A stretch of 64,000 bases of DNA from Octopus vulgaris (lineage: Eukaryota). This document shows, piece after piece, positions 42,885 through 56,044 of the stretch (position 1 is its first letter; each line of letters opens with the position of its first letter). The notes below the pieces were generated by a model. The model had not been told where the DNA came from, made no database searches, and worked only from the letters and a program-made list of their open reading frames with translations. Made by a program: the position numbers and the translations under genes. Location of the stretch: positions 16,740,001 to 16,804,000 of the forward strand of contig OX597830.1 of NCBI GenBank assembly GCA_951406725.2, given 5' to 3'.

Positions 42885-43720
42885 TACACACGTGTATGTA
42901 TGTTTGCATGTATATATGCATTAAGGTTCTAGTTTTATTTTGAAATGTTTCACCCAAATCGAAAGAGTTGGTCAGAAGCCGAGAACCAACACTCTTTCAT
43001 CGGAAGCTTACATCAGCAATGTAATTATATAATTTTTATTTATTCATTTACTTATTTACTTATTTATTTATTTACATATTTATTTATTTATTTATTCATT
43101 CAAATTTCTCCTTCTGTTCTGCTTACAGATTGTTTTTGCAAAGTGCGCGCATGCTAATCACTTTCTTTGTCCGAAAATCCCAGCTTTTGGAAAGTATTCC
43201 TTATATATATATATAGTAGTAACGCCAAGTGCACCGTGTAATTGTAGATACAAATGTGAATTTTTAATCTGGGCAGAGAAGCTGTTCGTTCGACGCGGTA
43301 GTCCATATGAATATTCTCTTTCTCAATGATCTTGAAAGAAATGTTTGCATATGTGGGGCAACTAATTGCTGTAACTATAGCTAATTATACTTTTCTATTT
43401 CAAAACTGTACCAGGCCAGTTCTTCTTGCATTTAGTGGAAGTTTTGATAGGAATATTATACTAATATTCCTGGAATTTAAACATATGTACGCATATATTT
43501 GTCTGTCTGCCTGTATGTATGCTTGTAAGTATGTATGTATGTATGTATGTATGTATGTATGTATGTATGTATGTATGTATGTATGTATGTATGCATGTAT
43601 GTATATGTATGCTTATGTGTGCGCGTGCGTGTATATATATATATATAATATGAGGGAATATTATTCCAAACTTACAGTGAAAAATTCAATTTAGAAATAT
43701 TAAATCAAATTTCACAAAAC

Positions 43721-43859
<139 letters not shown>

Positions 43860-43981
43860 ACGCTAAGCTTTATGAAAATAGACGAAGGCAGGTTTACGGA
43901 AATAAACAAAAGACGAAGGCAGGTGGAATACAAACAAACAATTGTATTAGTATGGCGCTCAGGAAATATAAATGAAACAAG

Positions 43982-44019
43982 TCTTTAACGTTTCGAGCCT
44001 ACGCCCTTCAACAGAAAGA
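43982..44019 (-). ncRNA. Minimal type I hammerhead variant in the PLE 3' terminal repeat
   Basis: UCUUU CUGUUGA A GGGC guag GCUC GAA ACGU U AAAGA, just downstream of the endonuclease. Confidence 0.75.
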
Positions 44020-44059
44020 TACACAGAGAAAAAAAACACAGAAAGAAGGAGAGAAAAAA

Positions 44060-45753
44060 ATATGAGTGCAAAAGCTAGCATATAAGAGCGAAGAGAGAAG
44101 ATTAATTCCTGATCACAGCGCAAACGGGAATCCGGATGGCCTCTGTGTAAGGACAAACCGAACACAGACAGGTGTTGCAAGGAGTGACCGGTGGAGCGGA
44201 AATGGCGTGAGACCGGTGTGTCGTTCGCAAGGTGGATGTCACGAAGGTGTTCCGCGAACCGGTCAGCCAAGCGGCGTCCCGTTTGTCCGATGTACAGGGA
44301 ATGGCAGAGAGAGCAAGAGACGCAATAGATAATATTGCTGGAGGTGCAGGTGAAGGAATTGATGATGCGAAAGGGTGAGGAGGGTGGTGTTGGAGAGGTA
44401 AGGGCAAGTGCGGTAACGTGGGCGGGAGCAGGGGAACGAGCCAGGTTGGGAGGTAGGGTCAGGGAAGGAGCTATGGACCAAAAGGTCTCGAAGGTTATGG
44501 GCTCGTTTGAAAGAGGGGAGGGGTCGGTTAGGGAAGAGGTGTGAAGTGGACGGGTCGGACTGGAGATGACGGAAAACCCGAAGAATGGTGCGTTGGAGAG
44601 GTAGGGTCGTGGGGTGGTAAGTGAGGGGAAAAGGGATGCGGGAGACTACAGGGCGGGTTCGGGGAGAGAGAGCAGATACACGGTCCACGGAACGTGCTCT
44701 GGCAAGGGCGGTGTGGATAGTGGTGAGGGGGTATCCACGCAGGATGAAGTGGTGAGCCATACGTTGAGACTGAGTCTCAAAGTCATGGTCGTCACTACAG
44801 AGCCTACGTAGACGGAGGAATTGGGAATAGGGGATGGAAAGCTTGGTGTGTTCTGGGTGGGAGGAAGAGAAGTTGAGGTATGAGTGTGAGTCTGTGTGTT
44901 TGTAGTGAATGGAGGTGGTAAGAGTGGAGTGAAGAATGCTAACCGAAATGTCGAGGAAGGAGACAGAGGTGTAGGAGATAGTGGAAGTGAAGTGGAGGGC
45001 TGGATGGAAAGATTGAACAAAAGAGAGGAAGGAATCTAGATGTTCACGGGAGAGTGAGGTGGCACCGATAATGTCGTCAATGTAACGACCATATAGTTCA
45101 GAGTGGGACCAGTGAAATTAGAGAATATTTGGGCCTCAACATAGCCAACGAACAGGTTCGCACAGTTGGGGCCCATTCGCGTTCCCATGGCCACTCCCGA
45201 GACCTGATGGTAGAACTCGCCCGTGAACGAGAAGCAGTTAAGAGTAAGGACAAGTTCGGCCAGACGAATGAGTGTGGAGGTGTCAGGTTCAGGGTTGGAG
45301 CGGAGGTCAAGAAAGTGTTGAAGTGCCTGCAGTCCTTCGTGGTGAGGGATAACGGTATAGAGGCTCTGAATGTCCATAGTAAAAAGGATTTTGGAGGAGC
45401 CGGGAGGAAAGGAGAAAGAGTTGAAATGCCGGAGAGCATGGTTGGTATCGTGGATGTGGGAGGGAAGAGATGCCACTAGGGGAACAAGGACACGGTCGAG
45501 GTATTTAGAGATGAGCTCCGTGGGGCAGTTACAGGCGGAGACGATGGGGCGGCCAGGGTTGTTGGGTTTGTGGATTTGGGGGAGGAAGTAAATGGTGGGG
45601 GTACGTGGGGTTCGCACAATTAGGTTGGATGCGGTGTGGGGGAGACGGAAGGACGAGATGAGGTCGCGGACAGTAGAGGATACCGTCTGTTGGTAGCTAC
45701 GTGTGGGGTTAGAGGACAGAGGGGAGTAGAAGGAGGTGTCATTGAGTTGGCGG
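44060..45753 (-). pseudogene. PLE reverse transcriptase + GIY-YIG endonuclease, several frameshifts
   Basis: YFLPQIHKPNNPGRPIVS, LFTMDIQSLYTVIPH, GVAMGTRMGPNCANLF. YIDD at 45073-45084 in a shifted frame. IIY (44325-44333) ... YIG (44286-44294) QTGRRLADRFAEH. Confidence 0.95.
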
Positions 45754-45834
<81 letters not shown>

Positions 45835-45836
45835 TA

Positions 45837-46601
<765 letters not shown>

Positions 46602-46850
46602 GTTTTGTGAAACATGTATATGTGGAGGCGCAATGGCCTAGTGGTTAGGGTAGCGGTTTCGATTCCCAGACCGGGCGTTGTGTGTGTTTATTGAGTGAAA
46701 ACACCATGAGGCTCCGGCAGGGGGTGGTGATCCCTGCTGTACTCTTTCACCACTCTTTCTCCCACTCTTTCTTCTGTTGGCCTGCTCGCTGAGCCAGCGG
46801 GGTGACCAGTGATGTGTAACAACATCTGATGGTCTGGTCGGTCACGTGAT

Positions 46851-46916
<66 letters not shown>

Positions 46917-46951
46917 ATATATGTGTATGTATATATATATGGATGTATGTG

Positions 46952-47021
<70 letters not shown>

Positions 47022-47548
47022 ATATATATATATATATAAATTAGAAAAAAACACCTTTTATCAATTCAATAATGAAAAATTAAATTATACCATTTAGAAT
47101 ATATACATATATATAAAATATATACATATATATATATATATACATATGCGTGTATGTGTGTATTTGCGTGTGTGTATGTGTGAATGTATGTCTGTCTGTC
47201 TGTATGTATGTATAATGTAGGTAGGTAGGTAATAGGCGCAGTCGTGATTCTATGGTAAGACATTTGCTTCCCAACCACATGGTTCTGGATTCAACACCAC
47301 TACGTGTGTCTTCTGTTATGGCGTCGGGCCATAACAGAAGTCACACGCAATGTGCAAATATCTTCTGCTATGGCCTCGGGCCGATCACAAACTGTGAGTG
47401 TACTTCGTTGTAGGAAACTGGAAGGTCGTTGTATACACCCCACCCTGCTACATACACATATATATTAATCAATGAAATTCCAACTCAGTCTGATTTTCAT
47501 GTTTTATTATTTGCAGTTTTTACAACTTTACAATTTTACAATATTTAA

Positions 47549-47590
47549 ATAAACTAGTACTTTCATGCGTTGCGCAATCATCAGGTTTAT
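47549..47590 (-). ncRNA. Minimal type I hammerhead ribozyme
   Basis: AUAAAC CUGAUGA uUGCG caa CGCAu GAA AGUACU A GUUUAU. Canonical core, palindromic stem III. Confidence 0.85.
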
Positions 47591-47799
47591 GAAGTGACAG
47601 TCGTGTTTCACAATTGACAACTGTAGCGAAATGGTCGGATCTATCCATTAAATATCTTCCGATGGGCTCCAGCAGGCTGAATCTTACGAACTGTATTTTG
47701 ACCAATCAGCATATGGCTTAGATGTCACGGATTGGTGAGCGTGCCAAGTTCTAACTGTATTTCGATCAATTCTATTCAAACAAATATAGCCGCCTCTTC

Positions 47800-48280
47800 C
47801 TATAGAAGATGGTAAACTATAGAAGAGGAAAACGAAGAACAGGTCATACCATTTTTAGTGATACACAATCCGTGTCACTATAACGGTTTGACCTGTTCTT
47901 GTTTTCCTATCTTAAGCATTGCCAAAGCAAACTTGCCGCTCATTGCTTAAAGTAATGAATTAAAGGATATAATCACGGATCGGGCTATGATTCTAAGTGA
48001 GACAGCCGCAGAACTTGAAACAGTTATTAACAAAGGCAAAGTTTGACCTAAACAACAATGACGGATCATTCATTGTATCGAAATGCAATGATAATCGATG
48101 TGGTTCATACATACCGGTCAATATACCGGAAGAATATTTACAAATGCAGATATGAACTGCAAAAGCAGAAATTTAATTTACTACACCAAATGCCCGAATT
48201 GTGAAGAGATATACGTTGGTCAGATTAAAAATGCATTATAGAAACGTTCACGTGTGCTCAACAGCAAATTAGGGACCCTG
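47800..48280 (+). pseudogene. Decayed PLE C-terminal region (GIY-YIG endonuclease)
   Basis: Remnants PFLVIHNP, RQPQNLKQLLTKAKF, CNDNRCG and DMNCKSRNLIYYTKCPNCEEIYVGQ. Stops and frameshifts. Not in the ORF track. Confidence 0.8.
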
Positions 48281-49182
48281 ATGCCCGTCAGATACCTATT
48301 TCTTTACTACCCACAAGGGGCTAAACACAGAAGGGACAAACAAGGACAGACAAACGCTCAGAACGTAGCGACAGACGAAATACTGCTGAGCATTTCGCCC
48401 GGCGTTGCTAACGATTCTGCCAGCTCGCCCGTCAGATGCCTTTAAGCAACCATATGGCAACATGTGGTTAGAAAAATATTCCCTTGTGTAAAAAGTGACA
48501 GTCTTTTTATGAAATAGGTGTGCTTTTATAAACCTTAAAATACCAATTACATTTTCTGTCTTAGTTATTACATACCTTACGGCGGCGAGCTGGCAGAATC
48601 GTTAGCACAATGCTTGGCGACATTTCGTCTGTCTTTATATTCTGAGTTCAAATTCCGCCGAGGTTAACTTTGCTTTTCATCCTTTCAGAGTCGATAAATT
48701 AAGTATAAGTTGAGCGCTAGAGTCGATTTCATCGACCTACCTCCTCCCCTAAATTGCTGGCCTTGTACCAAAGTTTGAAACCATTATTACTACGTGTCTT
48801 AAGGCGGCAAGCTGGTAGAATCGCTAGCACGCCGGACAAAAATGCGCTTAGCGGTATTTCGCCCGTCTTTACGTTCTGAGTTCAAATGCCGCCGAGGTCG
48901 ACTTTGCTTTGCATCCTTTCAGGATCGATAAAATAAGTACCAGTTGAGCATTGGGGTTAATGTAATCGACTAGCCTCCTCCCCAAGAATGTCAGGCCTTG
49001 TGCCTACAGTAGAAAGGTTTGTTATTATATGTATATATATATATATATAGATATAGATATAGTTCAAATGTACGAAAAGCGAAAGAGAGAGACACAGGTG
49101 AGGGAACAACAAGCTGGTATATTTGTTTGACGCTTGGGAAAAATGGAGAAGTTTTTGACGTTTCGAGAGAAAAAAAACGGAT

Positions 49183-49239
<57 letters not shown>

Positions 49240-49328
49240 GGGAGAGTTTACGAAAAAAACAAAAGACGAAGACAGGTGGTGTACAAAACAAACAGATGTA
49301 TTAGTATAACGCTCAGGAATAGCAAAAG

Positions 49329-49366
49329 TCTTTTACGTTTCGAGCCTACGCTCTTCTACAGAAAGG
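49329..49366 (-). ncRNA. Minimal hammerhead variant in a PLE terminal-repeat fragment
   Basis: CCUUU CUGUAGA A GAGC guag GCUC GAA ACGU A AAAGA. Confidence 0.7.
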
Positions 49367-49583
49367 GACACAGAAAAAACAAGGAGAGAAACAAGGAGAG
49401 AGAAAAAATGTGTGTAATATGTACTTACATATAAGAGATCAAAGTGTACGTACGCCGCTATATGTTTTTATATATAAAAATTACAAAATGGGACAAGAAC
49501 GCAAAATATCCAGACAGCTAGGTGATACAAAAAAGGGGCAACAAAACCTCCAGATAGACGATACAAAGAAAACAAGGACGGGT

Positions 49584-49726
49584 CATTCGAAGTTTTCTTT
49601 CCTCAGTCGAGTTCCAGATTATCTTTGCAATTTCGGCTGGTTATACTCGAGATTGCTCCAATCTGGCCAGCCCCAAGGAAAAACTAAGCTAAGAGCATTA
49701 GATTCCTTGGAAGAAAGCAGCGAATG
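49584..49726 (-). ncRNA. Candidate non-circularly permuted (pseudoknotted) hammerhead ribozyme, family 1
   Basis: GGCUGG-CCAGAUU-gga-GCAAU-C-UCGAGU-auaa-CCAGCC-GAA-AUUGC-aaagau-AAUCUGG-a-ACUCGA-CUGAGGA. All stems fully paired. Confidence 0.75.
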
Positions 49727-50281
49727 TATACAAAAACAAGAACAGATATATATATATATATGTATATATATATATGAGTGTATGCATGTATATTATGTGA
49801 GGTTGTAGAAATACGCAGATTTGTGTCTGGGTACGTAGGAAAACTATTTGGAGAAGTTTAAAAAAGAAACTTCAAAATTCCCTGTTGACTTGTGGATATA
49901 TACTTTTATTGGAAAAGTCGACGAAAAAGATCTCTGATACAAAATCTTCAGTTGAAATAGTTTCCGGTCACCTTGTGTCTGCATATTTGGCTATGGATAT
50001 TCAAAGATCGTTATATGTGTTGTAGAAGCATATGTCACTCTAATGACGTACAGACGTCTCTCGAGACGGATATCATCTGACAATATCAAGCAATCATCAC
50101 ACGCGCGCGCACGCGCATACGCAAGCATACAAACACAATTACGTACACATATACTGAGCATGTGTGTTTGTATGGGTGTGTATGTATCTCTGCATGTATA
50201 TGCGTATGTGTAAACTACACATGTATTTATGTGTGCATACGTGTATGTGTGTGTATATGTGTGTGTGGATACGTGTGTGTG

Positions 50282-50312
<31 letters not shown>

Positions 50313-50488
50313 ATAGGCGCAGAAGTGGCTGTGTCGTAAGTAGCTTGCTTACCAACCACATGGTTCCGGGTTCAGTCTCACTGCGTGGCACTTTGGGCAA
50401 GTATCTTCTACTATAGCCTCGGGCCGACCAAAGCCTTGTGAGTGGATTTGGGAGACGGAAACTGAAAGAAGCCCGACCTGTATATATG

Positions 50489-50524
<36 letters not shown>

Positions 50525-50525
50525 C

Positions 50526-51081
50526 GTGTAATAAATAAAATATATGCATACATACAAACATATATGTATGTACCTACATCTACATGTATATATACATGCA
50601 TATATAAATATATATACGTGTGTACAGGACACCACAAATAGACGTAGAACTCAACGAGAAACGAAAAAGTAAAAACAGCATGGAACGGACCATTTTTTTA
50701 ACAACGAAAAAACAGAGTACAAGACAACTACACAAAGAAAAATCCCCTTCATCAGCTGTCCCTAGTTCAACTCCAGCGTGTTTCGAAGGTGAGGACAGAA
50801 CACGTCTCGTCACTGTCCTCACCTTCGAAACACGCTGGAGTTGAACTAGGGACAGCTGATGAAGGGGATTTTTCTTTGTGTAGTTGTCTTGTACTCTGTT
50901 TTTTCGTTGTTAAAAAAATGGTCCGTTCCATGCTGTTTTTACTTTTTCGTTTCTCGTTGAGTTCTACGTCTATTTGTGGTGTCCTGTACACACGTATATA
51001 TATTTATATATGCATGTATATACATGTAGATGTAGGTTCGTACATATATGTTTGTATGTACATATATTTTATTTATTACAC
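50526..51081. repeat. Long near-perfect palindrome, ~270-bp arms, 14-nt spacer (50799-50812)
   Basis: Arms are reverse complements (they give mirrored ORFs in the track). Inserted in the internal microsatellite of a SINE A. Confidence 0.97.
50744..50804 (-). ncRNA. Candidate non-circularly permuted hammerhead ribozyme, family 2
   Basis: CGUGU-U-CUGUCCU-ca-CCUUC-GAA-ACACG-(14 nt)-GGGACAG-CUGAUGA-A-GGGG. Confidence 0.7.
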
Positions 51082-51183
51082 TATTGTAAAACTGAGCGCC
51101 CTCGCGTCGATTCGATTCGATTCATTTCGTTTCGTTTCTTCTTCTTCTCTAAGGTGGTTTATATATATATATATATATGTGTG

Positions 51184-51276
<93 letters not shown>

Positions 51277-51510
51277 TTGTGTGTCTGTGTCTGTCCCCCC
51301 AACATCGCTTGACAACTGATGCTGGTGTGTTTACGTCCCCCTAAATTAGCGGTTCGGCAAAAAGAGACCGATAGAATAAGTACTAGGCTTCCAAAGAATA
51401 AGTCCCGGGGTCGATTTGCTCGACTAAAGGCGGTGCTCCAGCATGGCCGCAGTCAAATGACTTGAAACAAGTAAGAGTAAAGAGTAAAAGAGTGTGTATG
51501 TGTGTGTATT

Positions 51511-51541
<31 letters not shown>

Positions 51542-51767
51542 GGTGTGGTGTGTGTGTGTGTGTGTGTGTTACATTTAGCCACACATCAGAAACGAGATGA
51601 GAAGAAGAAGTGGGGAGGGGAAGCTAAGAAAGTAATAAAAACAAACTGTTTTCGTCTCGTGTCGACTTCGACTTCTTAACCAACCAATTCTTGATGCCGT
51701 CTGTTGATTCTTTCTTACCTGATTCTGTTTACTTCTGAATCTGTAGATGTGTAGGTATGTGTGTCAT

Positions 51768-52325
51768 GCTGGCTAACTGGCTGGCTGGTGTGCTGTCTGG
51801 CTGGTTGGTTGGCTGGTTGGCTGGCTGGTTGGCTGGCTGGTTGGCTGGCTGGCTGGCTGGTTGGCTGGCTGGCTGGCTGGCTGGCTGGTGTGCTGTCTGG
51901 CTGGTTGGCTGGCTGGCTGGCTGGTTGGCTGGCTGGCTGGCTGGCTGGTTGGCTGTCCGTATGTTGTTTTGGCGGTATGAATCTCTCTATTCCTATCTCC
52001 CTCGCTCTAACCTTTCTCTCTCTCTCCCCGTATCTCCCTCTCCCTTCCCCCCTATCTTTCTCTTCCTCCCTCTTTCCTTCTCTCTTTCTCTCTCTCTCCT
52101 CTCTTACCCCCTCTCTCCTTCTCTCTCCTTCTCTCTTTCTCCCTCTCTTTACCCCCTCTTCCCTTGTCTCTCCCAGTCTCTTCCCCTCTCTTCCCCTTTC
52201 TGTTCCCTTTTCTCTTCCTCCCTCTCTCCATTTCTCCCTTCTCTCTTCCTCTCTTTCTTCCACCTCTCTCTCTGTCCCCTCTCTACCACTCTCTATACCT
52301 CTTTCTTTTTTTTTCTTCCTCTCTG
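51768..52325. repeat. (GGCT/GGTT)n tetranucleotide tract followed by a CT-rich tract
   Basis: Direct observation. Confidence 0.95.
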
Positions 52326-52724
52326 TACAGACACAGAAATGAAACGCATTATCGTTTCTGCCTTCTACCTACCTGTTCAGGTGTTGTGTTTTAACTATAT
52401 GTTTAATGATCAAAGCTGAAGCTTCTAATTGTTCATCGTCTTTAACAATAACAACAACAACAACAACAACTTCAACATGCCAACACCAAAAAACTTCAAC
52501 TCGATCTTTCAACCTTCAAGAAACAGCAACCGATTCTTCTTCAAATCACATCCTTCAGTCTTGAAAAAGAAAATGAAGGACACGTTTCTTCCTTCAGATT
52601 TGAAACGCCAAACCAGTAAGGCTATGCACACGGCAAACTTCGTGAAGTTTTATTACGATTAGTACTTATACACACGACAAGCATCGTGAAGTTCAGAAAG
52701 TGTTATTAGTTATATACACGACAA

Positions 52725-53141
52725 AGGCAGCGAGCTGGCAGAAACGTTAGCACACCGGGCGAAATGCGTAGCCATATTTCGTCTGCCGTTACATTCTGAG
52801 TTCAAATTCCACCGAGGTCGACTTTGCCTTTCATCCTTTCGGGGTCGATAAATTAAGTACCAGTTATGCACTGGGGTCGATATAATCGACTTAATCCGTT
52901 TGTATGTCCTTCTTTGTCCCTTCTGTATTTAGCCCCATGTGGGTAGTAAAGAAATAGGTATTTCGTCTGCCGTTACGTTCTGAGTTCAAATTCCACCGAG
53001 GTCGACTTTGCCTTTCATCCTTTCGAGGTCGATAAATTAAGTACCAGTTACGCACTGGGGTCGACATAATCGAATTAATCCGTTTTTCTTTCCTTGTTTG
53101 TCCTCTCTGTGTTTAGCCCCTTGTGGGTAGTAAAGAAATAG
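52725..53141 (+). mobile_element. SINE family B with tandemly duplicated 3' part
   Basis: Full head, then the body twice (tatttcgtctgccgttac...gtaaagaaatagg). Confidence 0.9.
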
Positions 53142-53149
53142 GTTATATA

Positions 53150-53314
53150 CAGGGCCGGCTCAAGGTACCAACAATTCGGGCAGTCGCCTGAGGCGCCATG
53201 TGATAGGAGGCGCCAAGGAGGGCGTGACAAAGACAAGGAAATTTCCATGACCGTCAGCTTGTACACGCCGAAGTTCAGCTTGCCCGGGCGCCAGCAACCC
53301 TCGGGCCGCTCCTG
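53150..53314. mobile_element. Small hAT-like MITE
   Basis: Termini CAGGGCCGGCTC / GGGCCGCTCCTG. 8-bp TSD gttatata / gttttata. Confidence 0.6.
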
Positions 53315-53367
53315 GTTTTATATACATGACGGACATTATGAACTCGGGTAAGGGTTACTAGCTATAC

Positions 53368-53741
53368 TTACTTGTACTTGTGGCGACATTCACCCTGGGC
53401 GGGTTGAGTCGGCTTCTTCTACCACTCTCGAGGCATCTCGACCATGGCAGTGGAAGAAGTTTTGTGGGAATATGAATTTCACAAGCGGTCCCCAACAATC
53501 TCGCATGTAGAAACATCCTGTTTGCCGCAGGGACAGAACGACCGAGGAGCCGCCGGTTGCCGAAACAGACACTCCGAGGATTTTCACCAGAGCCCCGTCT
53601 ACCAGGTTGTGGCCCTAATACCACTCGGTGTCAGACCAATCCGCCTTGGGTGGCCCTACCAGGAACCGAAGTTCCCGACGGCATAGCTCTGACACTACCC
53701 GTTGCCAGCGTTCCCACCACGGTGAGGAGGGGATGGACTTT
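53368..53741 (-). mobile_element. Short non-autonomous element with RTE-type 5' and 3' ends
   Basis: TSD gctatac (53361-67, 53742-48). Tail caagtacaagtaa. The 5' part (agagctatgccgtcggg...cctggtagggccacccaaggc) resembles RTE-clade 5' UTRs from memory. Confidence 0.55.
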
Positions 53742-55390
53742 GCTATACACATGACGGACATGACGTGAAATCCAGTGAGGCTTACTACTTGCTATACGCA
53801 CGACGGGATTCTACACAGTTTTATTTCCCAAATTCTACTTTCTCCGTTTGGGTCAAAGCAGTCGTTGAGACGTGCATTATTTTAAAACAAATGCTGATGG
53901 TGTAGCGACGATGACGTCAAAACGTCATGATGCAGCGAAGAAATTATTAAGAAACAATATTTGCTTTGATTATTAAAATGGCCGTTTATTAAGTTGATTA
54001 TAATATTAGTGGTTACAATATAAAATTAATAACGTCGTCGCATCGTTGTGTGTACACAAGTTATTTATTTGTTGCAGTAAAATATTTTCTGTGAAGCCAT
54101 GGTTTATTATGTATGTTCCTAGTTTCTCTGAGTAGAAATACATACTAATAGTTGTCTTTATAATGAGAGAAAGGGATAATTCTATTCTCGCGCGTCACTC
54201 TTTGATTAAGGATCAGTCGATGATCTTGGTTTGGCGTTACACTTATCAAAGAAGTGGACTTAATATTTGGCGGTATATTCATAATTTTGGTATTTAGAGT
54301 AGGTCAGTGAAGGCGCATGGCTCAGTGGTTAGAGCGTCGAACTTACGACCGTGAGGTTGTGAATTCGAATCCCGGACCGAGCTGCGTGTTGTGTTCTTGA
54401 GCAAGACACTTTATTTCACGTTGCTCCAGTTCACTCAGCTGTAGAAATGAGTTGCGACGTCACAGGTGCCAAGATGTATCGGCCCCTTTGCTCTTCCCTT
54501 GGATAACATCGGTGGTGTGGAGAGGGGTGGCCGGTAAGCATGGGCGACTGCTGGTCTTCCATAAACAACCTTGCCCGGACTTGTGCCTTGTAGGAGAACT
54601 TTCTAGGTGCAATCCCAAGGTCATTCTTGACCGAAGCGGGTCTCCGGTTAAAGTAGGTCAACTTAGAACAATAGATTTTTTTACAGTATTATCAGGGTTA
54701 ACTACAGAATTCCCAGAAAAAGATCAGGGGTTCGACTTATTCACATTAATTTTTTAGTGCAGAGACGAGAAAACAATAGGTTTTAAGAATTGCTTGACAA
54801 TGTTGAGAAATGTGAATTTGGTTCGAATCTTCGCTTAGCTATTCTGTAGCTGCTCGCTACAATGCGATAGTTATAGCTGTAACCTTTTAGATTATAGATC
54901 TACTAAGTTAGGACAGAGCTTGGATTAAACAACACAGATGACAATGACTACTAAAATATGCACACAGCACCATATATTCGATTATTATCGATTTCATTGA
55001 TCTCCCAGTCACAGTTTTTGTGCAGACAAGGAAGGTACAGTGGGCGCATGGGTGCAGGAAATTTGTGTACCCGATTCTGGGTATTTCCTGGAATTTCAGA
55101 GAATGTGGAAGGCAAGCTTATAGCACAAGCGTCAGCAGTGATACGTGACAAGTTTTTAGCTGAATTCGATGGACTTTGAAAGGAAATCTGTTTTCAATAT
55201 CATGTTGTAAACATCTAATCTATAAGCATTTACTTAAAACCAAAATACATGTTTACATGTGATGCACCAGTAACAGAGTTATTACACAAATTAGAATGTT
55301 AACAGCCATCGATCGTCACCACCATCACAACTACCACCACAACAACCACCACCATCACAACCACCATCACAACCTTTAATAGAAAGTATT

Positions 55391-55763
55391 ATTACCTCCG
55401 CCTCAACGAAGGCGGAGGCATTGTTTTCAGTCGTATTTGTTTGTTTGTCCATAGACAAGGTATCTCAAGAACCGCTGGATGGATTCGGATGAAACCTTCA
55501 GGGATGTTTGGCCTTGTGACTGGTAGGAACTGATTAGATTTGGGAATCGATTCGGTACTGGACAAAGATCCTGGATTACTTTTCCTTTCTTTTTTTTTTT
55601 ACTTAATTTTTGAGAGCGGTCGGATTCATTTTTAATATTCTCGTTTGTGAAAACAATCGAGTTTATTTCAGGTATTCTCATTTTTAAAATGACCTCTGGT
55701 TAATCTTTGAGAGGATATTGGCGTTGCCTTGGCAGAGGTTTGCGCTCTCTGAGTGCTCTTGTT
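55391..55763 (+). mobile_element. Helentron-associated (HINE/DINE-1-like) element
   Basis: Subterminal IR acctccgcc / ggcagaggt, short (GTTT)n, 3' stem-loop gcgctctctgagtgc. Confidence 0.7.
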
Positions 55764-56044
55764 CTTATCATCATTCAAACGATAGCTTAACTGAGCGAGG
55801 CTTCGAAATCATTGTCAATAACGTTCGTTCTTATATAGGAATAATACATTTGTACTCTACAAAAGTATAAAGTAACCCATGAGATTAATGTAAAATTGTT
55901 TTTATTATAACTGTAAACACACACGCACACACACATATATATATATACAATTAGATGCGATATTTTGTCACAACTCATCTTCTAAGTTCGAGTCACCCAT
56001 TTACCTTTCGGTTTTTAACTGTTGTTTTATGGAGTATTTGTTTC

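Noticed and set aside
50620-50991. Two mirrored 74-aa ORFs as a duplicated gene
   Set aside because: They arise from the DNA palindrome and show no recognisable domain.
51712-51745. Possible minus-strand micro-exon (ctacag|22 nt|gtaaga)
   Set aside because: The donor is good, but there is no polypyrimidine tract and no partner exons are identifiable without RNA data.
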